Below the pieces are notes generated by a model that did no database searches, had not been told where the DNA came from, and was given only the letters and a program-made list of their open reading frames with translations. Made by a program: the position numbers and the translations under genes. A DNA stretch of 64,000 nt from Camelus ferus (Eukaryota), in the NCBI RefSeq assembly GCF_009834535.1, contig NC_045697.1, forward strand, positions 6,078,001 through 6,142,000, written 5' to 3'. Of the stretch, positions 49,271 to 60,438 are shown piece by piece. Each line of letters starts with the position of its first letter. Positions within the stretch are counted from its first letter, which is position 1.

Positions 49271-52200
49271 GTCCTGTTTCCCAACGATCAGCTTGCTGGC
49301 CCTCCCTGCAGTCGGCTCAGCCCGCGGCACCTCTGCCGGGCTCCGCCGGAGCATCTCCCTGAATGAGGAGGCAGAGTCTGAGCTCCCGAACAGGAAATGT
49401 GGCAATTTAATCTTGCCTGAACGGGAAGTGGGCAGTGAATTTTTACCCTGTTCCCAAGTCATCCCAGCAACTAGAGAGCCTAAGAGGGAGACTCGTCTTC
49501 TCAGGAATCACCACCCTGAGTATGAAGTCTTCCTTTTCCCTCTTAAGGCCAGCGTGCTGGGAGGGGAGCCACTGGCATGAACCCAGGACAAGTCTCCCTA
49601 AGGACTGGGACAGATGGAAAAGTGACCGGCTGCAGGAGAAGCCTGGCAGTTCCAGCCCAGACTCCAGCACTTTCTCACTGTGTGTCCTTAGGCAAGTAGC
49701 TTTGCTTCTCTGAGCTACCATGGTTACAAGCACAAAATGGAAGATTGATCCTGCTCTGATCGTGCAGCAGAGCAATTCTGAGGCTCAGATAGAAAACACA
49801 CAGTCCCAAACAGCCTGCTGGAGGTGGACACGGGCTGCCCTGCAGCTCTGGAACAAGTGGGAGGGTGCAGGGTTTGGAAGAAAAAGCACCTGTCGCTGAT
49901 CATTACTCTGCCCTGCTCATTCGGCCGGCTGAGGGAACACTTCTGACGTGCCTGCCCTGGAGGCTGGCTCAGGGGAAGCATTAAGGAGCCAAGACCCCCT
50001 CCTGCACACCAGGATGTCGTGAGAATTAACTCACTGCATGGCTGGATTGCCCAGATGTCAGAGAAGTGCCTTGAATCATGTCTAGGACAGGTTGCCTTGG
50101 CCGCTTGCCCCTGGAGGCAGAGAGCAGATGCAGAGGCCAGGGAAGCAAAGGCGTGCTTGGGGATTGCAGAACCCCTGGAAGGCCACAGTGGCCTCAAGAC
50201 CACAAAACAGAGATGAGAAGTCAGCCACCTGGGTTTAATGGAAAACGCATGTTGAAATAAAACTGTGGATCGCTGTAGAACTTCTGGGAGCATGGATGGT
50301 CACATGCCTTTGCAAACATCCAGCCCCGTGATGTTGGAAAGCCGCTGCTCCACGGGGAACCAAAACTTCCCAAAGGAAAAGCCAACCCTGAATAATTAGG
50401 CTGGTTATTTACCAAGCACATGAACCATTCAGGGCAACACTCACGCTGCGTATTCATCACGCAGGGATGTCAGGATGCCGCTTGGAGAATTGGCTGCTCC
50501 TGGAAACAATTTTCAGCCGGTTGGCCAGCTCCCCTCACAGAGCCTGGTCCAGAGCGGAGCTCTAACATGGGAGCTCTCGATTAAAATGTGACACGCATAG
50601 GAGGCACTGGGCCAGCCGGGAGCGGATCCCAGAAGACTTTCTGGAAGAGGTGATTCCTGAGCCGTCTCTTAGGGGATGAGTAAGCCATGGGAACACGCAG
50701 GCAAGGAAGGGCGTGGGATGAGAGGGCACTGAGCCAGGGCTGCAGGCATGGACGCCCCAGGGCACGTGGGGAAGCAAAATAACTGAGCGGGTTGGGGTCT
50801 AGTTTAGGAGGCGCGATGGAGGGGAAGGATGGCTGCACCCTGTGCCGTCCTGCCGGGGCTTCGTACTAAGCATCTTATTTCCTCCTCCACCCCCTCCCTG
50901 ACTCAGGCCCTTTTATGTATCCTCCCTGGTCTCCTCATCTGTAATGGGGGGGAGGGTGTCTACCTGATCTTACTAAAACTCACATTGGATCAGGTGACCC
51001 ATCCGTTTCATTTAAAATTGTTCCATGTTCTCCATTGGGGTTGAAAACTCAAAGATGCCAGGACCCAGGCAGTTCACACAAATGTGCAGCTACAGCCGGG
51101 AGGGTCCCTGGTGTCCCGGTGTTGCAGGAGTTGCCAAAGTCAGAAGGCACTAAAGGTCCTGCCAGCCAGCCCAGCACGTCCATGGGCCGCGCAGTGGACA
51201 CAAAGTGTGGACTGGAGGCCCTCTCCCAGCTGTCCCTGACCATTCCTCCTGTCTCCACTTTCCTGCCCAAAGTCCTGCTGAATTTGAGCCCTGAGGGCAG
51301 AAGCCCGGGCCGGGGACAGGGAGTGGTTGTGGGGAGTGGTGTGTGGACTGGAGGCCAGGGGTGGGGGGTGGGGACAAACTGCCAGCAGCTTCCTTGGCCC
51401 TGCCCTGCGCCAGGGGCTCTCCCAGAACCTGGGACTGGACACAAGCCAGCAGAGCAGGAGAAACTTGCATGGTGTCCCTTTTGTCCTGCAGCCTGAGGGC
51501 GCGGCTTGGCCTGGAGAGCTCCTCCTCCTGGTGGAGCTGGCTGCCTGCTGATCCTCCCCAGAGCCTGCCAGCAACCAGCCCAGAGGTGAGCAGCACCTTG
51601 GCCTAAAGTCACACCCCTGAGACTAGAGCCCAGGTGTCCCCACTGAAGCTCCTGGCCGTTGGGTTAACTGTGCATTCTTCCTTCAGGGAGATGGGGGATC
51701 TCAGGTTCCCACTCGCATCCCCAGGGCTTCCCAGGGTGACAAGCCTTGGTGAGGGTGATGGGAGCTGTCCCACCACTTTGCCACAGCTCAGTGGGTTAAA
51801 ACCCAGACACTGGTGCTGGACAGCCTGGGTTTGGGTCTCGGCCCAGCCACTTTTACAGCCTGTGAGCTCTGGGGCAAGTTACTCGGCCTTATCTGTAGAA
51901 TGGGGTGATGATGGTGCCAGCACCTCACAGACTTGGGAAGACTTGAGTTCATACACGGAAAACATGGGAACTGTGGAACCTAAGCCAGCACCCGGCATCC
52001 AGCAAGTGCACGGTGAATACTCATCATTACTCTTCAAATCACCTTGTCCCCAGACAATGAGCTATTTCTTAACCCAGGCGCCCTCATCTTTTTTTAAACC
52101 AAAGGCACGGTGAGTGCTCTGGGTAGAAAGAATTGCCTCCTCCCTCCGGGGGGATTGGTGTCCACAGCAGAAAAGGAGAGGTCTGGGGCAGCTCAGTGTC

Positions 52201-52861
52201 AGTGGACAACCGCTAAGGCCCGTTCCCAGACGCGAGTTCCGTCCTTCCATGATGGACCATGACTCGGCGTTGTTCCCCAATCGCCCTCTCCCAGCACATG
52301 TCTGCACTGCTAGGCCCTCATCCAGCTGTGTGCACACCCGCGATGTCACCAACCCTCTCAGCAGTCTCAGGAGGAGCCTCTAGGCTGCCGTTTGGGGGGA
52401 AGAACAGAAGTTCAGGGGGAGCCTGGATTCACCTCCAAATCCAGTGCCAGCTCCCTACCCGCACGGGTTGTGGCCCAGGCTCTCAGGCAGATTCTAAAAG
52501 TTAGTTCTATCAAGGATGTGGTCATAAAACACACATTCCCGGGTGTGCTGGGGCCTGTTCTGACAGTCACCCCTCCACGCAGACACGTCCGCCAGTGTTT
52601 GGTAAGCGTCTCCTCTCGCCGGCTCTCCTGGCCCGGCCCGGGCTCTTCCTCTGACCACCCGTAACTTCGCTCGTCCTTCAGTGCTCAGTGCCCTCGCCAC
52701 CTCCCCCGAGAAGCCTCCCTAGGCCTCTCTCTGCCGCCCCTGTGTTGCACGTGCTGCTCAGACCTGTGCTGGCTGTGACCCCCTTTCTCCCAGGGGTCTT
52801 TCCCCATGTATGCCTTCCCCTCTGGACAGGAGCTCACTGAGGGCAGGGACTTGCGTGTGCA

Positions 52862-53240
52862 TGTTAGGGGGTAAACTGTGTCCCCCAACATTCATACGTT
52901 GAAGTCCCAACCTTAGTATCACAGAAGGTGACTGTATTTGAGACAGGGCTTTTAAAGAGGTCACCAAGGTAAAATGAGGTCGTGTGAGAGGGCCCTGATC
53001 TGACCTGACTAATGTCCTTATAGGAAGAAGAGATCAGGACACAGACACACACAGAGGGACGACCACGTGAGGACACGGAGAAGACAGCCATCTGCAGGCC
53101 GAGGAGAGAGGCCTCAGAAGGGGCCAACTCTGCTGACACCTTGATCTTGGACTTCTAGTCTCCAGACTGTGAAGAGATACAGCTCCGTTGTTTAAGCCCC
53201 CAAGACTGTGGGGCTTTGTCATGGAAGCCCTAAAAAATCT
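52862..53240 (+). mobile_element. MLT1A/B-like LTR
   Basis: attcatacgttgaagtcc...aaggtaaaatgaggtc...ctgacaccttgatcttggacttctag. Confidence 0.85.
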
Positions 53241-53699
53241 CGGTGTCCTATAAACCTTTTTGAATTCCCAGCTGGTCAGGGAAGGGGCCCGGTAGATGCT
53301 TCGGGAACTGAACTCAGACTCTCCCTTGGATGATGTCCTGACACTGTAACGCTGGCTTGGACAAGGTGAAAATTTCCTATCAGGAAGAGGTAGGGGGAAA
53401 ATAAAGAATTTTCCACTGAATATCATTTGAGCAGAAGGTTTGTGATGACCACACCACCTCCTCCTTCACACCAAAGGCGTAGACGGGAGCCTTGACTCAA
53501 CCTAATGGGGCGCCCAGGAAAAGGTACTGTGTCCACTTGGAGGGGGTCGCTCTCTGTTTAGCCTGGTTCTGCCGTGTCCCGGAGGACCTGAGGCAGGTGG
53601 CTTGGCCTCCCTGGACCTCCAGGTCGCACCTGGGAGATGTGGTGGTGATGCCCCATGTATCACTTCACACTTGCCAGAGTCTGGTAAATACACTCGTGT

Positions 53700-53712
53700 T
53701 GACCTTTGACCT
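53700..53712 (-). promoter_or_regulatory. Perfect DR1 nuclear-receptor element AGGTCAAAGGTCA
   Basis: tgacctttgacct on the + strand, with an HNF1 half-site-like ggttaat about 10 bp away. Confidence 0.5.
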
Positions 53713-54453
53713 GCTAAATACAGGTTAATTACAAACATGGGCATATATTCTTCTTCGCCTGGTGGCCTCCCCACTCATCACAGGAGGCGAGGCACAGATG
53801 GGCCAACATTCAAGACTGCCTGCACTGCAAACGAGCTATGTAGCCTTGGACACATGGCTTTGGCCTTCTCTGAGCCTCAGTTCCTTGCCTACAAAATGGG
53901 GATAGCAATGCCCTCACTACTGTGTGGCCAGAACTGAAGGGGAGACCTGTGTAAGGTCTGGTACAGAACAGGTGCTCTCTGGCTGTTGGTTTTGAACCTG
54001 ATTTAAAGAGAGAGGCCAAGGAGTCCTGAGGAAGGAGACTTTCTAAGTGTGGAGGACTTCCTGGAGGAGGAGGCAGGTGGACTGGGCATTGTGGTGTGAT
54101 GGGGGATGGGTTTCAATGTTTCCTTAAGGACTATGACATTATCACCTTCAACATCAATGCCCCCTTGTTGAGAAACGATCTCTGGAATGGAGACCCCCCA
54201 AGTCCAGATGGTCACAGCAGACAGTATCCTCACCCACCAAAGTGCAAGGCCATCAGCAGCCGGAGCCTCGCCGTATACACCGTGCCTTTCACACAGGTCC
54301 TTCCCATGTAGCTTTGCCTCCGGCCTCTGTTCACCCTTCTGTGCCTGAGCTCACCTGCACCACTTCCCCTGGCAGGAGGGAGGGGGTCAGAGGGGCTGGC
54401 CTGGGACCACCCGAACACTCACACAAGAGAGAGATTAGGAAACCAGGACTGAC

Positions 54454-54516
54454 CAATTTCTTTTTTGCCAAATCGCTTTCTTTGTTATCTGCTGGGTCCT
54501 CTTCCTGGAGCTTCAT
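54454..54516 (-). CDS. SLC2A9: SLC2A9 short-isoform (GLUT9S/GLUT9b) first coding exon, MKLQEEDPADNKESDLAKKKL
   Basis: 21 codons matching human MKLSKKDRGEDEESDSAKKKL. ATG context ACCATG; donor GTCAGT at 54453-54448, phase 0. Acceptor ttctttctttttttag places the exon start at 54554 (5'UTR 54517-54554). Confidence 0.92.
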
Positions 54517-55325
54517 GGTCAGTTTTCAGATTTTGGACTGGCCTATTTTTGTTCCTAAAAAAAGAAAGAACAAGGAAGAAGCCATTAGATAATTGCTGTC
54601 ACAGATGAGTAACTCAGGGGAGGTGGCCCTGAGAGGACACCAGGATGCGGAGCTCCCCCACCCCCAGAGACCTGGGCGCCTCTCTGGCCTCAGTTTCTCC
54701 ATTTGCCAGATGGTCGTGTTGGACAGCTTCTGCATTTCCCGCACTTGCCACATTGCTTATTAAGTACAGGCCGCTCCCTGGAACATTCTCTCTCAGCAGG
54801 TCACTCTTACGGTGGGGCATGTTTTGGAAACACCAGATTCTCTGTCCCCAAGATGTGAAAACAAAAGCAGTGCAAATTCAAAACAAACTGCCAGTGTCCC
54901 CAGTCAAGTTGGGAGCAGTCACCAAAATTGTGACCCGGATCTCCGGCACAACAAAGGAGAAAAACACACAGCTGTTCTGGAATTCCGAAATACATTTCTC
55001 GAGCCATAAAATCCTTAGGTTCCTTTGGCTCAACTATTCCATTTATAAATAGTTAATCCAAAGCAGGAATAAAAATGTGCAAAGATTTAAGCCTGATTGT
55101 CACTGCCAGCATTTTTATTGTTAGAAAAATGGTCTTCACAATCGGACAAAATAAAGTTTAAAATCCTGGTACGTTCACATGACAGAAACTCATGTAGTAC
55201 TTGAAAATGTACACTGGAGAAGAATATTTAATGTCATTGGAAAATGCTTGTAATTCTTACTTGAGAAGAGGAGGAAGGTATATAAAAGAATACACACTAG
55301 TCAACATTAAAAATAGGTGTACTTA

Positions 55326-56104
55326 TGCAAATGACAAATGCTGGAGAGGATGCGGAGAAAAGGGAACCCTCCTACACTGCTGGTGGGAATGCAGTTTGGT
55401 GCAGCCACTGTGGAAAACAGTATAGAGATTCCTCAAAAGGCTAGGAATAGACTTACCATATGACCCAGGAATCCCGCTCCTGGGCATATATCCAGAAGGA
55501 ACCCTACTTCAAAATGACACCTGCACACCAATGTTCACAGCAGCACTGTTCACAATAGCCAAGACATGGAAACAGCCTAAATGTCCATCAACAGATGACT
55601 GGATAAAGAAGATGTGGTAAATTTATACAATGGAATACTATTCAGCCATAAAAACCGACAACATAATGCTATTTGCAGCAACTGGATGTTCCAGGAGAAT
55701 GTCATTCTAAGTGAAGTAAGCCGGAAAGAGAAAGAAAAATACCATATGAGATCGCTCATATGTGGAATCTAAAAAAATCAAAAACAAACAAACAAAACAA
55801 AAAAACATAAATACAAAACAGAAACAGACTCATAGACATAGAATGCAAACTTGTGGTTGCCAAGGGGGCAGGGGGTGGGAAGGGACAGACTGGGATTTCA
55901 AAATGTAGAACAGATAAACAAGATTGTACTGTGTAGCACAGGGAAATATACACAAGATCTTGTGGTGGCTCACAGAGAAAAAAATGTGACAGTGAATGTA
56001 TGTATGTTCATGTATAACTGAAAAATTGTGCTCTGCACTGGAATTTGACACAACATTGTAAAATGACTATAACTCAATAAAAAATGTTAAAAAAAAAAGA
56101 AAAA
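55326..56104 (+). mobile_element. Relatively young 5'-truncated L1 with TSD
   Basis: ORF2 C-terminal peptide [29 protein letters not shown], 3'UTR and A tail; aggtgtactta repeated at 55315-55325 and 56105-56115. Confidence 0.93.
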
Positions 56105-56191
56105 AGGTGTACTTACAGAGTGATACTATTAAACAATACGTGTACTTAAGCCACGTCTGTGTGATTTTTAACTTAAAATAAACCCTAAACA

Positions 56192-56297
56192 GTGCTGACT
56201 TCAGCAGCACGTGTACTGAAACTGGAACCACACAGAGAAGATAATCACGGCCCCTGCACAAGGATGACATGCCGCTTCGTGAAGTGTTCTGTATTTT
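56192..56297 (+). pseudogene. U6 snRNA retropseudogene (full length, diverged), fused to an L1 3' end
   Basis: gtgctgacttcagcagcac...acagagaagat...ggcccctgcacaaggatgac...ttcgtgaagtgttctgtatttt is collinear with the ~106-nt U6 sequence, with many substitutions. Confidence 0.93.
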
Positions 56298-56299
56298 GG

Positions 56300-56735
56300 G
56301 GGATGGACCTGGAGATCATCACACTAAGTGAAGTTAGCCAGAAAGAGAAAGAAAAATATCATAGGATATCACTTACATGTAGAATCTAAAAAAAATGAGA
56401 CAAATGAACTTATTTACAAAACAGAAACAGACTCACAGACATAGAGAACTTATGGTTACTGGGGGAGGGGGGAAGGAGTGGGAAGGGATGAATTGGGAGT
56501 TCGGGATTTGCAGACACACACCACTGTATGTAAAATAGATAAACCACAAGGTCCTACTGTTTAGCACAGGAAACTATATTCAATACCTTGTAATAACCTT
56601 ATAATAGCCTGTAATGGCCTTTGATGAAAAAGAATACAAAAAGGAATATTTATATGTGTATAACTGAATATGCTGTACACCGGAAACTAACACAACATTG
56701 TAAATCAACTATACATACTTCAATAAAAAAATTAA
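56300..56735 (+). mobile_element. L1 3' end (partner of the U6-L1 chimera)
   Basis: ggatggacctggagatcatcacactaagtgaagttagccag...aaacagaaacagactcacagac...ttcaataaaaaa. Confidence 0.9.
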
Positions 56736-58714
56736 ATGCAAAATAAAATGTTCCTACATTGAATTATTTATTCAGTAATTATTTATGAAGCCCCCATTAT
56801 CTATGGGGCTTATTATTACGGGGACGCACTCTTGAGCAGGACAGACCTCGCCCTGCCCTCGGGGAGCTGACATTCTGGGAGAAGAGGCAGCTTAGGACTG
56901 GCATGTGGGCTGCTCACGGGGTACAGAAGGCGGGTGGCCCGGCCCAGAACAGGACGGGGGAGCAGCAGGAGGTGGGCTGCAGGGATGGGCAGGGGACAGT
57001 CACGTATTTCTGTGCTTAAAAAGCAGGCTTCCTGGAAGCAGCTCAATACGCTGGCGACTACCACTTGCCTGTGGTTTCGCAGCCAATTTTTATCTAACTC
57101 GTTTTCCTGCAGTTCTCCGATTCTTGGATGAGGGAAACTGTATCTAACAGGCCCGGGGAGATGCCTGGCAAATCCTTGGTGTCCAGTGGCTGACGACTAT
57201 CATTCATCGAGCTGGAGGAGTCTCAGGAAGCAGCAGATGTGGGGCTGGGAGGAAACAGAGCTCTGTCCAGGAAGCATGTGGCTTGAGGTGTTTGCGTGGC
57301 ATCTGGGTGCACGCATCACGTGGGTAGTCAGAAGAGCGGCGCTCAAGACGTGATCTGGGTGGACGTAGATGGGTAATAATTAACGCCTGGGGACTAGGCA
57401 AGGTCGCCCAGGGAGAGAGGGTGAAGGAAACTCCCAAGGAACCCCAGCTAGATGGGGGACGGAAAATGGCAAAGGAGGCGTAGTCAGAGACAACAGGGAG
57501 CAGGAGGCGGTAGAGGGGACAAGACAGAGCTTGAGGAGGATGTACGTGGTCGGCAGGGCTGAATGTGGCTTGGGGCTCAAGCAACAGGAATTAGCGTGTC
57601 CAGGGCACATGGCCACAGGGAAGCTACTGGTAAGTGGAGGTGGAGGGGTGGGGGGATCCGGGGGTTTCTGGGGAGGAGCAGAGACATGGGCAGACATGGG
57701 CAGAGGACGGACTGTGGGTGAAGGACTGGGCAGGACTGCAGGTTTGGTAGTGCGGGAACGGGGCCTCCTGTCCAATGGCATCTGTATTCTCGGTGACCTG
57801 CAAGGCCAAGCAACAACTGAAGGGGCAGAGAGGTTAGTGAAGCTGAGAAACTGCCATCCAGGACATCTGGGGAGCAGCTTTAAAAACCAGTGCTGGTCGG
57901 GCAGTGGGAGGGTGTGGACCATCCATTCGCTCTCAGTGCTGGGAGGGAGATGTGGGTCTCACGTGTCAGAGCTCTGGGTGTTTGGGTGAGTGACAGGTGG
58001 GACGAGGCAGTGACGGCAGGAAGTCAGCTTCCACTGGCGACTTAGATGGCAGAAAAACCAAGAGAAGGCTTGATTCAAGATGGGGTCAGAGGGTGGATTT
58101 GGGGAGGATGTGCGTTGTCTGCCCAAAGCTGGAACCTCCTTGAACTCACAGTTAGAGCAGGTGGACAGTCACGAATGAGGAGGGAGTGAGCACAGACGTG
58201 GGGGAGAAGAGAAGGCAGTGCGTGGACGATAACCAGTCACCGTGTGTGTTACACACTTCTGTGGGCTACACCCAAGGCGAGGGGGCGTGGGCAGGGGGCA
58301 GGGGAGCATTGTGCTCAGCAGATCCAAACCGAGAGCTTGAGTAAGTCCTCCGTGTTGACAGGGGTGAGATGAGCCCTAGGCCAAGGATGCGGAGATATTG
58401 CTGTCATCTTCCCAGAAAACCTGTTTCAAACGGAGAATACGGCTGGTGCCAGGAGAGAGTGAGCGGGGTGTGGGCGGTGGCTTCCTTCAGGGTCACAGCC
58501 GGCTCTGACCTTCTGTATGAGGGACACTCAGTCCATCGGGACCCACTGCCCAGGGGACCCGTCTGCAGCAGAGGCCTGAGACTGTGTGCCTCACATGCAG
58601 AGACCACTGCAGAGCTGAGAATGACCTCATGTCCCTGAGACGTCACATCACAGGGGGGAGCTGCCACCTGTGCAGTGCAAGGCCAAGTGCAGACAGCTTG
58701 CGCTCCAGGCAATG

Positions 58715-58900
58715 TGGAGCTGTGGGTTCAAATCCCAGCTCTACAGCTCATTAGCTGTGTGACTTGGGGAAAGTTACTTAACCTCTCTGTACCTCCATTT
58801 CTTTGTGTCAAGTAGGGAGTAGTAATAGGACCTGCCTAATAGGGCTGTTGTGAGGATTCAATGAGTTAAGGAGTGAGAAGCACATAGTAAATGTCTGCCA
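58715..58900 (+). mobile_element. MIR SINE (one of many in the window)
   Basis: gggttcaaatcccagctct...tagctgtgtgacttgggg.aagttacttaacctctctgt...gttgtgaggattcaatgag. Confidence 0.85.
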
Positions 58901-60241
58901 ACGGCCTTGGCGAAGCACAGGGAAGGCATCTCTCGTTTGTAAGGGTCTCACGGAACAGATGGTGGCTTAGAGCTGGTTAAGGGGAGAAGGAGGGGGATCC
59001 ATTTGATGTTTGACTAGAGAACCTTAAACTGCCTCAGAATAATTCTCTAAGTCTTAAATAGAATAGTAAATAACATAACGTAAATATAAACCCAGCACAT
59101 GAGGGTCCAAAAATGCTAGCTCCTGCCTTTTCAATCTGCGGTAACAATACGAAGATTGCTGCTATTCAAGAGTAACTAGCTCTGCTGGTGCCTGCCAGTG
59201 TGGCCTGAAAGGTCGGGTTGCTGCTGTTCCCATTGGTGAATAGCCACACCCTGAGGCCCTGGGGCCCACCTGCCACAGTCCAGCAGCTACAGGTAGTAGG
59301 ACTCTGCTCAGGGCAATCTGATTGGCCCAACCTAGGCTGTACCTGGGGTTACATGTTTAGAAATTCACCTCCGCTGTACTATTGCTGCTGCTCCTTATAA
59401 TACAACCTTCAGGGGCACCATACGTGGGACACTATAACCGATCCTGCTAGAAGTAAAGCAAGTGGGGCTCGGAAAAGAATCTTTTCCCACCCAACCTGTC
59501 CCAGAGGTCAGATCAGAGCCCGGTCTGCTTGAAGCTGGCTCCTCACTCATGACCCTGCACTGGGTGGAAGGACACAGGCAGAGAGAAGGCGCAAAGTGCC
59601 CGCAGAGAGCAAAGGTGGAGGTCTTCTCCCAAATCCGCTCCTGTGGGCAGAGGCCACCTCCCTGAACTGTCTGGAGTCGCAGCCTTGTGTACTGTCCACC
59701 CCAAGACGTGGCCCTGCTGAGCAAAGCCCTGAGGTCCAGCAAGTCACTGGCTGACAGCTCTGAGCAGGAAACGCTGCACACTCTCTGGTCCTGGGTCTCC
59801 CCGACCAATACTGGGTGGTGATTTTATTCTTAATTTTCAGGGTTAACTCTCCGTTGACTTTGGCATGGAGCTAAAGCTAACCTATAGCAAGATACTGAAA
59901 AAGAATGTGGAAAATAGGGCAGCTAGGAAGATACACAGAGAGAGAGAGAGGGAGACGGAGGGAGAGAGAAAGGAGGAGGGAAGGAGGAGGGGAGGGGGAG
60001 GGACAATGAGGGGCCTCTGGAATAATAACACAGCCATAATCACTCATAATCAATTTCGTTTTTATATAAACGTTTGTCAGACACCACGCTAAGCACTCCA
60101 AGCGCCTTTTCTCACTTAATCCTCACCAAGTTGATTTTCACATCGCTCAATTTTTAAATCCCTTGCTCCAGCAGCTCTGTGAGGCTCGGTAATTCCTGAA
60201 ATCGTCCCCAAAGCTGATCCGAGTCTGTGAGCCTGACTTAC

Positions 60242-60340
60242 CTGTTTCCTGGACCTCCCCCAGCCTGGTCCAGTCTAAAGAGTGAGCAGAAGATGCTTCA
60301 CAAACGGGACAGCTCCCCTTACAATCAGACCGAAGCCTGT
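60242..60340 (-). other. SLC2A9: Candidate non-coding first exon of the short SLC2A9 isoform (5' boundary approximate)
   Basis: Perfect donor CAG|GTAAGT at 60241-60236 in non-repetitive sequence, just downstream of two HNF1-like sites. The 54554 exon has an acceptor, so it needs an upstream exon. Confidence 0.45.
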
Positions 60341-60361
60341 GAATTTGTGAAAGAAAGCCGT

Positions 60362-60438
60362 GTTAATGATCAAATGACACCCAACTGTTTCTGCAAATAT
60401 TCCGTGCTGCCAGTTTTGACCGGTGATAAATGATTAAC
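60362..60438. promoter_or_regulatory. Pair of HNF1-like sites
   Basis: GTTAATGATCAAA (60362-60374) and, on the minus strand, GTTAATCATTTAT (60438-60426). Each is 11/13 to GTTAATNATTAAC. Confidence 0.5.

Larger units (their letters stand above)
1..60340 (-). other. SLC2A9: SLC2A9 (GLUT9) locus, 5' portion; runs off the window start; possibly pseudogenised
   Basis: Five exons with canonical splice sites whose translations match GLUT9 in the expected order on the minus strand. The 5' end is approximate. Confidence 0.93.

Noticed and set aside
54245..54270. ggccatcagca matching part of the missing exon (LLMA codons)
   Set aside because: Only about 11 nt match, the flanks do not extend, and the position in gene order is wrong.
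56192..56297. Functional U6 gene
   Set aside because: Many substitutions, fusion to L1, and no recognisable upstream PSE/TATA promoter.
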